Shown here piece after piece: positions 1-10,515 of a stretch of DNA of 64,000 nt; the stretch's first letter is position 1, and each line of letters begins with the position of its first letter. Location of the stretch: positions 32,001 to 96,000 of the forward strand of contig CBDCCZ010000012.1 of NCBI GenBank assembly GCA_965215005.1. Reading direction: 5' to 3'. The notes under the pieces were generated by a model. The model ran no database searches. It was not told the origin of the DNA and worked only from the letters and a program-made list of their open reading frames with translations. Source of the DNA: Kofleriaceae bacterium (GTDB lineage: Bacteria > Myxococcota_A > Polyangia > Haliangiales > Haliangiaceae). The position numbers were made by a program, and so were the translations under genes.

Positions 1-383
1 GCAAATGGAGCTGGATGCGGCTGCTGCCATACTCCATCAACCATAATCGCTTGCATCAGGTAGTAATTCTGCCCAACGCTATAGCTGTAGAAGAGCTCGG
101 AGCCATCGTCGGAGCCTTCGGGCGAGAAGGCGGCATTGAGCTCATTTAAACCCGTGGCCGTGGAGAGCAGACCCGGGGCGAAGAGCAGGGGCTCTCGCCC
201 TGGAACCTCTTGCCCGAGGTACGGTCCGCTCGGGGCCGACACAGCGCCGAATGGGAGCTGCCATACCGGCGCGTCTGGTGCGACCTCGTCTTGGGGTGGC
301 GCCGTCGGTGGCGAGCTCGACGCCGCGCCGCCGCAGCTACCAGCCAGAAACAGGAGCGGGATCACGCTCGGTCGAGAAACCAT
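1..383 (-). CDS. PD40/WD40-like beta-propeller lipoprotein, N-terminal part (runs off window)
   Basis: Read by hand, not in ORF track: ATG at 383, MVSRPSVIPLLFLAGSCGG (lipobox-like), then GPYLGQEVPGREPLLFAPGLLST...AFSPEG...ELFYS, open to window edge. Confidence 0.75.
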   Translation of the reverse strand, partial: MVSRPSVIPLLFLAGSCGGAASSSPPTAPPQDEVAPDAPVWQLPFGAVSAPSGPYLGQEVPGREPLLFAPGLLSTATGLNELNAAFSPEGSDDGSELFYSYSVGQNYYLMQAIMVDGVWQQPHPAPF

Positions 384-623
384 GGCGGCCCCTATACAAT
401 CTTCCTACGACGCAAGCAACGCAGCGCTCGGAAAGAGCGACGGACGTTTTGGACGTTATAGGCAAAGATCAAACCATGACGGGAATTTCTGGCATGGTGA
501 AACGAATCGCCGCGGTAGACGCGCACCCGCGGCCGCACGTTCCGTCCCTGGCGTCATCAGAGCGCCGCTGGAGACTCGATCGTGGTAGCTGTGGTGCGCA
601 GCTCGCCAACCTCGCGGTGCCTC

Positions 624-1559
624 GTGTCGACCATCATCTCCATACGAAATCTCGGGAAGACCTACGACTCCGGCTTCGTGGCGCTCAAGTCCATTGACTT
701 GGACATCGAACAGGGCGAGATCTTCGCGCTTCTCGGCCCCAACGGCGCCGGCAAAACCACCCTCATCAGCGTCGTATGCGGCATCGTCACCCCAACCCGG
801 GGTACCGTAATCGCCGACGGTCATGACATCGTTGCCGACTATCGCGCCGCTCGAGCGAGCATCGGCCTGGTGCCGCAGGAGCTTTCCACCGACGCGTTCG
901 AAACCGTTTGGGCGACGGTAAGCTTCTCGCGCGGTCTGTTTGGCAAACGCCCTAACCCTGCACATCTCGAGAAGGTCCTGCGGCAGCTGTCGCTTTGGGA
1001 CAAGAAGGACAGCAAGATCATGACGCTGTCTGGCGGCATGAAGCGCCGCGTGCTGATCGCCAAGGCGCTGTCACACGAACCGCGCATCTTGTTTCTCGAT
1101 GAGCCCACCGCCGGTGTGGACGTCGACCTGCGCCATGACATGTGGCAAATGGTTCGCGGACTACGCGACCAGGGGGTCACGATCATCCTCACCACGCACT
1201 ATATCGAAGAGGCCGAGGAGATGGCGGATCGCATCGGTATCATCAGCCAGGGCGAGCTCATCGTGGTCGAAGACAAGGAGGTGCTAATGCGGACGTTGGG
1301 CAAGAAGCAGCTCGAAATCAGCCTGCGCGAGCCACTTGCAGAGGTGCCAGCAGATCTCGTCGACTTGCCCCTGGAGCTCTCCGACGACGGCGCCACACTT
1401 ACCTACACCTTCGACACCCAGCGCCAGGACTCGGGCATCGCCGAAGTTCTGCGGCGGCTGAGCGCCCGCGGTATCGACTTCAAAGACCTGCACTCGAGCG
1501 AAAGCTCACTCGAGGATATCTTCGTTCGGCTGGTTGATGAGGCGAGGAGGGCCTCGTGA
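624..1559 (+). CDS. ABC transporter ATP-binding protein (YadG-like)
   Basis: Walker [10 protein letters not shown], signature LSGGMKRR, Walker B LFLDEPT; start GTG 624 is my choice (ORF track 582). Confidence 0.93.
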   Translation: MSTIISIRNLGKTYDSGFVALKSIDLDIEQGEIFALLGPNGAGKTTLISVVCGIVTPTRGTVIADGHDIVADYRAARASIGLVPQELSTDAFETVWATVSFSRGLFGKRPNPAHLEKVLRQLSLWDKKDSKIMTLSGGMKRRVLIAKALSHEPRILFLDEPTAGVDVDLRHDMWQMVRGLRDQGVTIILTTHYIEEAEEMADRIGIISQGELIVVEDKEVLMRTLGKKQLEISLREPLAEVPADLVDLPLELSDDGATLTYTFDTQRQDSGIAEVLRRLSARGIDFKDLHSSESSLEDIFVRLVDEARRAS

Positions 1560-2317
1560 ACTGGTATGGCATTCGCGCGATTTACCGGTTCGAGATGGCC
1601 CGGACACTGCGCACGCTGACGCAGAGCCTGGTGTCCCCGGTGCTATCAACCTCGCTTTACTTTATTGTATTCGGTGGCGCCATCGGCGGCCGCGTCGGTG
1701 ACATCGATGGCATCGGCTACGGCGCCTTCATCATCCCCGGGCTCATCATGCTCTCGCTCCTAAGCGAGAGTATCTCCAACGCCTCGTTTGGCATCTATCT
1801 ACCGAAGTGGTCGGGAACCATCTATGAGCTGCTTTCCGCGCCAGTTTCGTATGTGGAGGTGCTGCTCGGCTACGTGGGCGCTGCGGCGACCAAATCCGTA
1901 CTAATCGGCCTCTTGATCCTCGCGACGGCGCGGGTGTTCGTCAGTTACGAGATCGATCATCCGCTGATCATGCTGGGCTTCTTGCTGCTCACCTCGATAA
2001 CCTTCAGCCTCTTTGGCTTCATCATCGGGCTATGGGCCGATGATTTCCAGAAGCTGCAGGTGATACCGCTGATGGTGGTGACGCCGCTGACCTTCCTTGG
2101 CGGCGCGTTCTACTCCATCGACATGCTGTCGCCGACATGGCAGAAGATCGCCCTGCTCAACCCCGTTGTGTATCTGATTAGCGGATTTCGCTGGAGCTTC
2201 TACGGCAGCTCGGACGTCAACGTCGTGGTAAGCATCGGCGCCACCCTCGGCTTTCTCGCGGTGTGCCTTGCCACGGTGTGGTGGATCTTCAAGACTGGCT
2301 GGAAGCTCAAGGCATAA
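1556..2317 (+). CDS. ABC-2 permease (YadH-like)
   Basis: About six hydrophobic segments, [16 protein letters not shown] overlap with the ATPase gene. Confidence 0.92.
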   Translation: MNWYGIRAIYRFEMARTLRTLTQSLVSPVLSTSLYFIVFGGAIGGRVGDIDGIGYGAFIIPGLIMLSLLSESISNASFGIYLPKWSGTIYELLSAPVSYVEVLLGYVGAAATKSVLIGLLILATARVFVSYEIDHPLIMLGFLLLTSITFSLFGFIIGLWADDFQKLQVIPLMVVTPLTFLGGAFYSIDMLSPTWQKIALLNPVVYLISGFRWSFYGSSDVNVVVSIGATLGFLAVCLATVWWIFKTGWKLKA

Positions 2318-2373
2318 CGGCGGCTGCCCCGCCCCCTCCGCCATCGAGCGGAGGGAGAGGGCCGCACCAACGT

Positions 2374-3375
2374 CTAGGCGAGCCGCGGCGACGGTGCGGC
2401 TGGAGATGGCTGCCCGCCCGCCCGGTTTTCCCAGAACTCTTCGATGGCACCGAAGGTTAGCTGCGGCTGATCGAAGTGCGGCATGCCGCGGGTGCCGGGG
2501 ATGCGGACAGAAACCCAATGCGAATGACTCTGGACGAAGGCTGGCAAGGCGCCGAAGTCGGTATGCGCGTCGTCATCGTAGAGCACCAAAACGGGGCACG
2601 AGAGAGCTGCGTAGACCAGATCGCGAACCTCAGGGGTGAACAATCTGCCAGCTAAGAAAGCATACGGCGCAAACCGCGCGCCGGGCTGGTGCGCCGAGCG
2701 ATACGCATACGTCGCAAGCTCGTCGCTTGGGCTACCGGCGAACGACTTGTCGAGAAAATACCGGATGCTCGCGCGCGAGGTCAGCACGTCGTAGAGCGGC
2801 TGGCTCCAAAGCGGCACCCGCAACGCCTTCTCGATCCAGCGACCGGCAATCTCTCCGCGGCGTTGAGCACGCGACTCTGCCTTCGCTGACGAGAAGCCGG
2901 TGGGCGAGATGAGCACCAGCGACGAAATGGCTTCAGGATTGGTACGAGCGACGAGCGCAGCCATCTCGCTCGACAACGACAGTGCGACCACGTCCGCGCT
3001 GCCACCCAGCTCGTCGATCACCGCCTCGATGGCGCTGCCAAGGAGCGCCGGATCGTAGCTGCGCGGCCCGCGCTCGGAGAACCCAAACCCCGGAAGGTCG
3101 ACCGCGGCGACCGGCCGAGTGCCGCGGAAGCGCTCGAACAGCGGCCGCATCTCGAACGCCGAAGCAGCCGCGTTCACGCTGTGCACGAGCACGATGGGCC
3201 GACCCTCACCCTCTCGCGACACGTAGTAACTAACGGCCCCCGCTTCGGTTTCGATGGTTCGCCGAGGCGCCTCGAGCGCCGGCTCGAGCGGCAGCTGATG
3301 GTCGACGCCGAGCAGCGCGGCCAGACGTTCCGTAGTGGATTCAATGCGGCGATTGACAGTCGAAGCGATGTCCAT
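2374..3375 (-). CDS. alpha/beta fold hydrolase
   Basis: [15 protein letters not shown], nucleophile elbow VALSLSS, GMPHFD; start 3375 inferred. Confidence 0.85.
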   Translation of the reverse strand: MDIASTVNRRIESTTERLAALLGVDHQLPLEPALEAPRRTIETEAGAVSYYVSREGEGRPIVLVHSVNAAASAFEMRPLFERFRGTRPVAAVDLPGFGFSERGPRSYDPALLGSAIEAVIDELGGSADVVALSLSSEMAALVARTNPEAISSLVLISPTGFSSAKAESRAQRRGEIAGRWIEKALRVPLWSQPLYDVLTSRASIRYFLDKSFAGSPSDELATYAYRSAHQPGARFAPYAFLAGRLFTPEVRDLVYAALSCPVLVLYDDDAHTDFGALPAFVQSHSHWVSVRIPGTRGMPHFDQPQLTFGAIEEFWENRAGGQPSPAAPSPRLA

Positions 3376-3527
3376 GCGCGGGCTAAAAGCAATCGCGGGG
3401 CCAGCGTTCAGTAGCCCGCAGAGCCGCGGCATAGCAGCGCGAGTGTCGCGGCTGTGGCAACCTGCACCGCTCAGTGACGCGCCGTCATGATGAGGCATCC
3501 ACCGCGTCGCCACGGGATGACGCTACT

Positions 3528-5183
3528 TCACTCGCGCTCGAGGCCAATGACGCGCAGTGTTCCCGTGGCTGGATTTCTGGCCAGGTGAACGCGCACGAGG
3601 GGCAGCGCGTCGCTGCCGCGTCGAGTGGCGATACTAACAATCGTGTAGCCGTGCCCATCCTCGGCGGTCTGCACCGCTACGCAACTTCGTCCGGTGTTAT
3701 CGGCAGTGGCGCGGCGGGTGCCGAGACGGCGACCCTGCTGATCGAAGCTCGTGAGCGAGTATCGCGTTGGCTCTTGCCCCAGCCCATGCACCAGCCATAG
3801 ATCGCGAAAGCACAGCGCGGGCGCGTCCTCCGCAACGGCGAAGTCATCGAGCGGCGTCACCGCCTGCAGGTAGGCGCGACCGATCTTTCGCTGGCGCTCG
3901 ACGAGCACCTTGCTGAGATACGCCACGGCGCGAGGGTCGCTATAACGGCCCTCTTCAACGGCTGCTCGGATGAGCTCTGGAGTGAGCCGCAAGAGCGTCT
4001 TAGCCGCCCAATAGCGATCCCAGCGGTCGGCAATTTGACACGGCCGCCACGTGTAGTGCGGCTTCCACTCGCTCGGGGTGAAGGTCTCGCTGTCGAAGAA
4101 GCCAACGCCTGGCAGCTCCGGATAATGCGCCGCGTGCTCCCAGGGCTGCCTCCACAGCCCAAGTGAGACCAAGGACTGTAAAGAGGCTGTCAAGTCGTGC
4201 GCATAGCGATAGCCGCTCGAGGGCCGCGCGTCTGCCTTGCCAAAGACGCCCAATGTTTTACCAAAGTCTAATAGGTAATGAACCAGGTAGCGCCGGTTTG
4301 GCAGCGCCGGATCGCGGACCCACACATCGAGTGTATTTTGTGGCTTGATGTCGCCGTGATTCAGCCACGCCATTGCCACGCACAACCCCCGTTGATCGCG
4401 TCGCAGCTCGTGCGGCACCCGGTCGTTGGGATCGCCTGGGCGGGTGCCTGTAGGCAGGAATCCGCCGATTGGCTTCCCCGGAAGCAACTTGCTCGATAGC
4501 GCCCGGAATCGTCCATCCGCGAGCGGATCAACCAACGCCAACCGTTCGCGCAAATCCGCGATCGTCATCGGCCGCTCGTGACCGCGTCGATCTTCGATGA
4601 CCGCGTCGTCCGCGAGCACTAGCTGGTCGCCAGCAAACTCGACGACGTCGTTCTCAGGCACGTGGTAACCGAGCGCCCAAAGAAGCCGTTGCGAAACCAC
4701 CTCGGCGGCGGTCTCGGCCTCGGGAAGACCGGGCGTGTCAAACTTCAAGAGGTAGCGCTCACCGGCAACGTCTTCGACGAGAAACCCCACTGCCGAGCCG
4801 CCGGTCTTGGTCGAGAGCACCTTCCACGGACCGCCGCGATCGGGGCCGCGGGTGGCGTTGGGACCTCGGCGCATCTCGGTCACGGTGAGCTCCCGAATTC
4901 CGGCGCGATTGACGTACCATGTCGAATCCGGCACCTCGCCAAGGCTATTGATGTTCTGCGCTGGTCGGGGGTTCTCGAAGGCGAGATAGCGGTCGATTGG
5001 CTCTAGGTAGTGCGCAGCGAGAAAATAGCGATTGGTGCCGACGAACTGCTCCGGCGGCTCCTCGGTATCGAGACGATCGTTTACTTGCCACACCGGCGCG
5101 CGATTGTGGAAGCGTACGGCCGTGAGCGCCGCCGGCTTGCTGCAGGCGGCCAACGCCGCAAACACTGCAATGAACATCCTCAT
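3528..5183 (-). CDS. lipoprotein with atypical protein-kinase-like domain
   Basis: Lipobox LAAC; KTGGSAVGF...RYLLKFD, EAETAAE, NHGDIKPQN, LLDFG. Confidence 0.75.
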   Translation of the reverse strand: MRMFIAVFAALAACSKPAALTAVRFHNRAPVWQVNDRLDTEEPPEQFVGTNRYFLAAHYLEPIDRYLAFENPRPAQNINSLGEVPDSTWYVNRAGIRELTVTEMRRGPNATRGPDRGGPWKVLSTKTGGSAVGFLVEDVAGERYLLKFDTPGLPEAETAAEVVSQRLLWALGYHVPENDVVEFAGDQLVLADDAVIEDRRGHERPMTIADLRERLALVDPLADGRFRALSSKLLPGKPIGGFLPTGTRPGDPNDRVPHELRRDQRGLCVAMAWLNHGDIKPQNTLDVWVRDPALPNRRYLVHYLLDFGKTLGVFGKADARPSSGYRYAHDLTASLQSLVSLGLWRQPWEHAAHYPELPGVGFFDSETFTPSEWKPHYTWRPCQIADRWDRYWAAKTLLRLTPELIRAAVEEGRYSDPRAVAYLSKVLVERQRKIGRAYLQAVTPLDDFAVAEDAPALCFRDLWLVHGLGQEPTRYSLTSFDQQGRRLGTRRATADNTGRSCVAVQTAEDGHGYTIVSIATRRGSDALPLVRVHLARNPATGTLRVIGLERE

Positions 5184-6634
5184 GGCGCATTCGCTCCAAG
5201 CGAGAAGAATCCCGCCCCGCCCTCGCCGGCGGTGAGCGCCCCTTGCAACCGCAGGCGCACCTGTCTACCGCCGTAAAGCTCGACGCCGCCTCCCCACGAG
5301 AAGCGGTAGTCCTGCACGCTGAGCTCCGCGGCGCCAGCAAACACGCGTCCAGCGTCTGCAAGCAAGTAGGCGCTGGCATTTTGATAGATGGGAAATCGAT
5401 ACTCCACGGAGCTCAACATCGCGATGCGATCGCGGAAGCGCCCACGGGGATAGCCGCGCAGCGACCATGGTCCGCCGAGTGTCGGTAACGCAACCAGGGG
5501 AAGCTCGCTCCGCTCCCCTACCACGACAGCGACGTGGTGGCGCACGGTGACCACCCGCGTTCCTGCCCATAGATCGAAAGCGCGCGCAACGTCGAGCTCA
5601 GCGGTCCCGTACCTATCTCCAGGGCCCCGGGCGAGGCCGAGCTGCGCGCGCAGCATCCAACCGCTCGAAGGAGCCGCCTCGGAGATCCACGGGTGCGCCG
5701 GGTGCCGGGTGTCGTAAAGAAATCCGAGCGTGGCCGCGGTCGCGACATACGGCTCCCCGACGCCGACCAACGGCTCACCATTGAGAGAGCCGAAATCCTG
5801 TTCGGCGAGGCGATGCCAGCTGAGCTCGCCGGCCAGCCGCACCTGACTGCGCTCGCTGAGGCCGCGCCGCAGCGCCAGCGCCCCCCGCGCCTGCCGGTGG
5901 TGGTAGCGCAGCAGAGTCGCTCCGTCGGCAGGCTGCCCCGGCGCCATCGACGACGGCTCGGCAAGCTCGAGGTTGCCGATGCCATAGAACAGCGCATCAT
6001 CGAGCGCCAACGACGCGACCTCGACCTCGACTGCCGCGTCTCGGAAGCGCTCGCCGCTGTCCAACCCGAGCTCGATCGCATGGTCGTAGCGACCGCCCAG
6101 CGCCACGGTCAGCCGCGCCACCTCCGCCGCTCCATAGGCATCGTGGTGGGCCACCTGCGCCCCCAGCGACCATCCAAGCTCTGACTCCGCCGATACGATG
6201 GGCCGCACGCCAAAGCCGCTGGCGCGCTTCTTCTTGAGCGCCGAGGGCGGGTCGGATGGAATTGCATCGGTTAAGTCAGCGATCTTGCGCAGCGGCCAAA
6301 CGGCGATTCCCAACAATCGGCGCGGCAGCCAAAACACCGCTCGCGGCCCCCATAGCAGGACCTCGTCGATGCGCGTTGCCTCCTCGGCCTGGGCCAATCC
6401 AGACACCTCTCCGGGCAGGGGCGCGTGCAGGACATCAGCGGCCGTGGGAGCGTCGGCCTCGACCTCCGCCGCGGCTCCAGCTGGGTCTGCCTCCGCTTCC
6501 CCCCCGGCAACGGGCGGCTCCGCCTCGATTGCCGCCCAGCCGTGGATCGGGTCGCGCAAAGCCGAATTGCTCCCCGACCCGCCGGGCGGAGTGGCAAGAG
6601 AAACGACGAGGATGCTGCCAAGGGTCCATATCAC
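5180..6634 (-). CDS. Omp85 (BamA/TamA-family) outer-membrane beta-barrel protein
   Basis: LGGPWSLRGYPRGRFRD (loop-6 RGY motif), VEYRFP, DAGRVF, alternating beta-strands; GTG 6634 gives a hydrophobic N-terminus; ATGA overlap with downstream gene. Confidence 0.82.
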   Translation of the reverse strand: MIWTLGSILVVSLATPPGGSGSNSALRDPIHGWAAIEAEPPVAGGEAEADPAGAAAEVEADAPTAADVLHAPLPGEVSGLAQAEEATRIDEVLLWGPRAVFWLPRRLLGIAVWPLRKIADLTDAIPSDPPSALKKKRASGFGVRPIVSAESELGWSLGAQVAHHDAYGAAEVARLTVALGGRYDHAIELGLDSGERFRDAAVEVEVASLALDDALFYGIGNLELAEPSSMAPGQPADGATLLRYHHRQARGALALRRGLSERSQVRLAGELSWHRLAEQDFGSLNGEPLVGVGEPYVATAATLGFLYDTRHPAHPWISEAAPSSGWMLRAQLGLARGPGDRYGTAELDVARAFDLWAGTRVVTVRHHVAVVVGERSELPLVALPTLGGPWSLRGYPRGRFRDRIAMLSSVEYRFPIYQNASAYLLADAGRVFAGAAELSVQDYRFSWGGGVELYGGRQVRLRLQGALTAGEGGAGFFSLGANAP

Positions 6635-6650
6635 GTGCGGGGTCGGCACC

Positions 6651-6666
6651 AGCAGAACACGTGCCG
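6651..6666 (-). promoter_or_regulatory. putative sigma54 promoter of the Omp85/kinase-like operon
   Basis: Minus strand CGGCACGTGTTCTGCT, GG-N10-GC, just upstream of GTG 6634. Confidence 0.45.
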
Positions 6667-6944
6667 GAGCAGACAGATGCCGCCCCGCCTGCATCGGCTG
6701 CCCTCGCCACCGCGACCTCGGGAGCGCGTCGTCTCGAGGTTGTTGCGGGGCAGCGCAAACGAATCGTGCACCGCCGCGCACTGGGTGACACGGCGGTTCC
6801 ACCTTCAGCGGCGTCCCAGATGTATCAAAAACCCGCCCAGCACGAATGCCACCGTGAGACACTTCGCCTCGCCCCCGCCCGTCACGCGACAGCGCGTCAA
6901 CGGGACCGAGTCGCGGCACGCCGCTTGCGCCGCTCCCGGCGCTC

Positions 6945-8231
6945 ATGCGTTCCTCGCCCCTCCTGTTCTGGCCCTTCGCCGTCGCCTTGCTCACGACCGT
7001 CACCGGCGCCACCTGCAAGAGCGACCCGGACTGGCAGGGCGTGGTCGAGGTCACGCCCATCGAGCGACCGGCCCTGGGCGCCTGCGGTCCCGGCACCATT
7101 ACCGCTCTCGGCGGAAAGTCGCTGATGCGCGCCCCCTATCTCCAGAGCGTGAGTGGCGACAGCGCGGTGGTGGTGTGGGCGGCGTGGCCGGGCGAGGCAC
7201 GCCGAGTCGAGGTCCACCGTCCCGACCAGAACCCGGTGACCACGGCAACCGCTCGGTACGCCGGTCGCCTTCCGCGCGCGCAAGCGGTGGCCGCGCTACC
7301 CGACGAGCCGCAGGAAACCGTTGCTCCAGACAACTTCTACCTCGAACGCGCCGACTTGAGCGGGCTGGAGCCCGGCCGCCTGTATTGTTATCGACTGGTG
7401 AGCGCCGCCGGCACGCTGGTCGATTGGGCGCCGCTGCAGACCGCCCCCGCCGCCGATGCGGATACGCCGGTGGAGGTGGCGGTGCTGGGCGACTCTGGCA
7501 CTGGCAACGCTGCACAGCGCGCGATCGCCAAGCGTCTCGAGGAATCACCGTTCGAGCTCATGCTGTTTCTGGGCGACATCGCCTACAAGAGCGGCACACC
7601 GAGCCAGCTGCAGCACCGATTCTTCGACATCTACCAGCCGTTCTTGCAGTTCGTCCCCGCCTGGCCGTCGCTGGGCAATCACGAATATCGCACTCGCAGC
7701 GGCCAGCCGTACCTCGACGCCTTCGTGTTGCCCAACAACGAGCGCTGGTACTCCTTCGACTGGGGCGACACCCACTTCGTCGCGCTCGACACCAATCGGA
7801 TCGGTCGCGAGCAGGCGCGCTGGCTCGACGAGGACCTCAGTGCCACCGACCGCCGCTGGGTCGTCGTGTATGGCCACCACCCGCCGTTTACGTCGGCCAA
7901 GCGCGGCCCCAGCGTCCGCTTTCGCCGCTATTTCGAGCCCCTCATAGAGCGCCACCAGGTCGACCTAGTGCTCGCCGGCCACGAGCACCAGTACGAGCGC
8001 ACCAAGCCAATCTCCGGAACCACCTACATCGTGAGCGGCGGCGGTGGCGGCCGTCTCACCGGCGGCACACCCGAGCTGTATACGGAAGTTCACCGTTCGG
8101 TGCATCATTACCTGACGCTGCAGATCACCCACGACGCGCTGCGCGTGCGGGCGATCGACATCGAAGGCAAAACGTTTGACGAGGTTACCCTGCAGCCGCG
8201 CGACCGGCAGCGACCCGCGCCTACCCCGTGA
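6945..8231 (+). CDS. secreted purple acid phosphatase-like metallophosphoesterase
   Basis: GDSG, GDIAY, GNHE, GHHPP, LAGHEHQYER; FN3-like GLEPGRLYCY; signal peptide ending GATC. Confidence 0.9.
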   Translation: MRSSPLLFWPFAVALLTTVTGATCKSDPDWQGVVEVTPIERPALGACGPGTITALGGKSLMRAPYLQSVSGDSAVVVWAAWPGEARRVEVHRPDQNPVTTATARYAGRLPRAQAVAALPDEPQETVAPDNFYLERADLSGLEPGRLYCYRLVSAAGTLVDWAPLQTAPAADADTPVEVAVLGDSGTGNAAQRAIAKRLEESPFELMLFLGDIAYKSGTPSQLQHRFFDIYQPFLQFVPAWPSLGNHEYRTRSGQPYLDAFVLPNNERWYSFDWGDTHFVALDTNRIGREQARWLDEDLSATDRRWVVVYGHHPPFTSAKRGPSVRFRRYFEPLIERHQVDLVLAGHEHQYERTKPISGTTYIVSGGGGGRLTGGTPELYTEVHRSVHHYLTLQITHDALRVRAIDIEGKTFDEVTLQPRDRQRPAPTP

Positions 8232-8252
8232 TCGAGGTCATGGCGCGGCGCA

Positions 8253-8268
8253 TGGCACAACCGTTGCC
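8253..8268 (+). promoter_or_regulatory. putative sigma54 promoter
   Basis: TGGCAC-AACCG-TTGC matches the -24/-12 consensus, 35 nt before ATG 8303. Confidence 0.65.
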
Positions 8269-8302
8269 TTGTACGGCGCTTTCAACGCCAACGGAGGACT
8301 TC

Positions 8303-8659
8303 ATGACCCGTAGACTCTTTGCCCCGCTGCTTCTCGTGCTCGCTCTTCTCGCTCCCGGCTGCATCATCGTGAGCGATGACGATCTCGACGACTCGACGCT
8401 ATCCGTCGTCAATGACTCGGATTACACCCTCATCGACATCGCAGTAACTCCCACCGGGAGTCGCACCTGGGGCCCGAATCTCGCGCCGCCAGGAGGCCTC
8501 TATCCCGACGAGATCATCACCATCAGCCTCGACTGCGGCACCTATGATGCGCGCGTCATCGATGACTTGGGCGCCGAGTGCATCCTGTCCCGGCTCGATC
8601 TTTGTTACCAAGACGCCGACTGGGTCATCACCAACGGCGCGCTCGCCGGCTGCTTCTAA
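8303..8659 (+). CDS. small Cys-containing lipoprotein (hypothetical)
   Basis: RBS GGAGG, MTRRLFAPLLLVLALLAPGC lipobox; WGPNL...CGTYD...C. Confidence 0.8.
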   Translation: MTRRLFAPLLLVLALLAPGCIIVSDDDLDDSTLSVVNDSDYTLIDIAVTPTGSRTWGPNLAPPGGLYPDEIITISLDCGTYDARVIDDLGAECILSRLDLCYQDADWVITNGALAGCF

Positions 8660-8746
8660 GCTCAGCGCTGCTCCAGCCAGTGAAGGTGCCGTCACTTCGC
8701 TGCCGAATTCGCTGACCTCGCGCTGCGAGTTCGCTACAACGCGTGG

Positions 8747-10333
8747 GTGACCACGCGCCTGCTGATTCTCACCCTCGGAGTCCTCACTGCCTGCGGCGGG
8801 GACTCCGACTCAGGCGGTGACCAGACCGCCATTGCGTTCCCGGAACCAGGCTCGACCTCGGCCGCCTCCGGACGTGAGAGCTTCTCCTTTGGCGTCGCCA
8901 CCGCCGCGACTCAAATCGAAGACCAAAATCCGGATGTGGATTGGTATCTCTGGACGCTGCCCAGCGACCAGGGAGGCCTCGGCAAAGGCCCCTTCGTCGG
9001 CGAGGCCAGCCGCGGCTTCTCGCGCGCCGTCGACGACGTCGAGCTGATTGCCGCCCTGCATCTCGACGTCTACCGGTTCAGCATTGAGTGGGCGCGCGTC
9101 GAGCCGCAGCGCGACGTCATCGACGAGAGCGCGCTCGCTCATTATGACGACGTGATCGATGCGCTTGGCGCTGCCGACATCGAACCGGTGGTCACCATCC
9201 ACCACTTCGCCAGTCCCATCTGGGTCGATGATCCGCGCCTCGGCCCCGCCTGTCCCGACGGCCCGAGCGACACCAACCTGTGCGGCTGGGACGACGAGGC
9301 CGGCGCCGAGCTCATCATCGAAGAGCTGGCTGAGCACGCTCGACTGCTGGCCACCCGCTACGGCGACCGCGTCGATGACTGGCTCACCATCAATGAACCC
9401 GTCAACTATCTCCTGGCGTCCTATGGCGTCGGCTTCTTTCCGCCGGGGCGCGGCTTTCTCCTCTCGGACTTCCCGACCTTCATGACCGTCGTCCGCAACT
9501 ATCTCCGGGCACACGTCGCCATCTACGATGCCATCAAGGCCGCTGACACCATCGATGCCGATGGCGACGGCATCGCCGCCAGCGTTGGTCTCACCCTCAA
9601 CGTCGCGGAGTGGGTTGCCGCGCGCAGCGGTCGCCTCAGCGAGCAGCCCGACGACATCGCTGCCGCTGAGCGGGTTCGCTACGCGTATCACCACCTATTC
9701 GTCGACTCGATCTTGAATGGCACCTTTGATGGCAACCTTGACCAAGTGGCCGACGAAGAACACCCCGACTGGACTGGCAAGCTCGATTGGCTGGGCGTGC
9801 AGTACTACAGCCGCATCAGCGTCACCGCCGAACCCGCCGTCATTCCAGGAATCGACGCCATGGTGTGCTTTGGCAGCTTCGATCTCGGCTCATGCGTGCC
9901 GCCGCAAGAGCCCACCCACTGGGTCCCCGCGATGCGCTACGAGTATTACGAGCCGGGCATCTACAACGTACTCGTGGACTTCGCCGAGCGTTGGCCGACG
10001 CTGCCGATGGTGGTCACCGAGTCGGGACTGGCCACCGACGTAGGCCGTCGCCGCGCCGAGCACGTGGTGCGGTCGCTCGAGCAGATCGCCAGCGCGCGCG
10101 CAGCAGGCGCCGACGTGCGCGGATACTGGCACTGGAGCCTCACCGACAACTTCGAGTGGGCCGAGGGGTATGAGCCGCGATTTGGCCTCTATCGCGTCGA
10201 CTACGACACCTACGAGCGCACCGCCACCGAGGGCGCCGACGTGCTCGGCGACATCGCCGAGAGCCGCGTGCTAACGGCGGCGATGCGCGCGATGTACGGG
10301 GGGCTCGGCCCGATGACGCCGGAGGAGCCGTAG
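8747..10333 (+). CDS. glycoside hydrolase family 1 lipoprotein
   Basis: ATAATQIED, YRFSIEWARVEP, TINEP (acid/base), VTESG (nucleophile), WSLTDNFEWAEGY; lipobox LTAC. Confidence 0.92.
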   Translation: MTTRLLILTLGVLTACGGDSDSGGDQTAIAFPEPGSTSAASGRESFSFGVATAATQIEDQNPDVDWYLWTLPSDQGGLGKGPFVGEASRGFSRAVDDVELIAALHLDVYRFSIEWARVEPQRDVIDESALAHYDDVIDALGAADIEPVVTIHHFASPIWVDDPRLGPACPDGPSDTNLCGWDDEAGAELIIEELAEHARLLATRYGDRVDDWLTINEPVNYLLASYGVGFFPPGRGFLLSDFPTFMTVVRNYLRAHVAIYDAIKAADTIDADGDGIAASVGLTLNVAEWVAARSGRLSEQPDDIAAAERVRYAYHHLFVDSILNGTFDGNLDQVADEEHPDWTGKLDWLGVQYYSRISVTAEPAVIPGIDAMVCFGSFDLGSCVPPQEPTHWVPAMRYEYYEPGIYNVLVDFAERWPTLPMVVTESGLATDVGRRRAEHVVRSLEQIASARAAGADVRGYWHWSLTDNFEWAEGYEPRFGLYRVDYDTYERTATEGADVLGDIAESRVLTAAMRAMYGGLGPMTPEEP

Positions 10334-10347
10334 CGGTTGCCCGCTGG

Positions 10348-10375
10348 GCGTGGCCGCGCACCCGAGCGGCCACGC
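10348..10375 (+). terminator. GC-rich hairpin after GH1 gene
   Basis: GCGTGGCCGC-8 nt-GCGGCCACGC perfect 10-bp stem; no U tract. Confidence 0.45.
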
Positions 10376-10487
10376 GCGCCACAGACCTGGCGAGGCATCA
10401 GCGCGCAGACTTGGGGCGGAGCCGGGACCGGTCGTAGGGTGCTGCGCAAGGCATGGGAGCGGATGCGCCCACGGGGTGCACGATGGC

Positions 10488-10503
10488 TGGAACGAGCCCT
10501 GCA
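10488..10503 (+). promoter_or_regulatory. putative sigma54 promoter of dksA/traR-like gene
   Basis: TGGAACGAGCCCTGCA, GG-N10-GC, 13 nt before ATG 10516. Confidence 0.45.
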
Positions 10504-10515
10504 GCTGCCCGGTTC

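Noticed and set aside
6635..7099. N-terminal extension of the Omp85 ORF
   Set aside because: Overlaps the divergent phosphatase gene and promoter region
6425..8179. 584-aa Arg-rich plus-strand ORF
   Set aside because: Alternate frame over the phosphatase gene; composition typical of a GC-rich off-frame read
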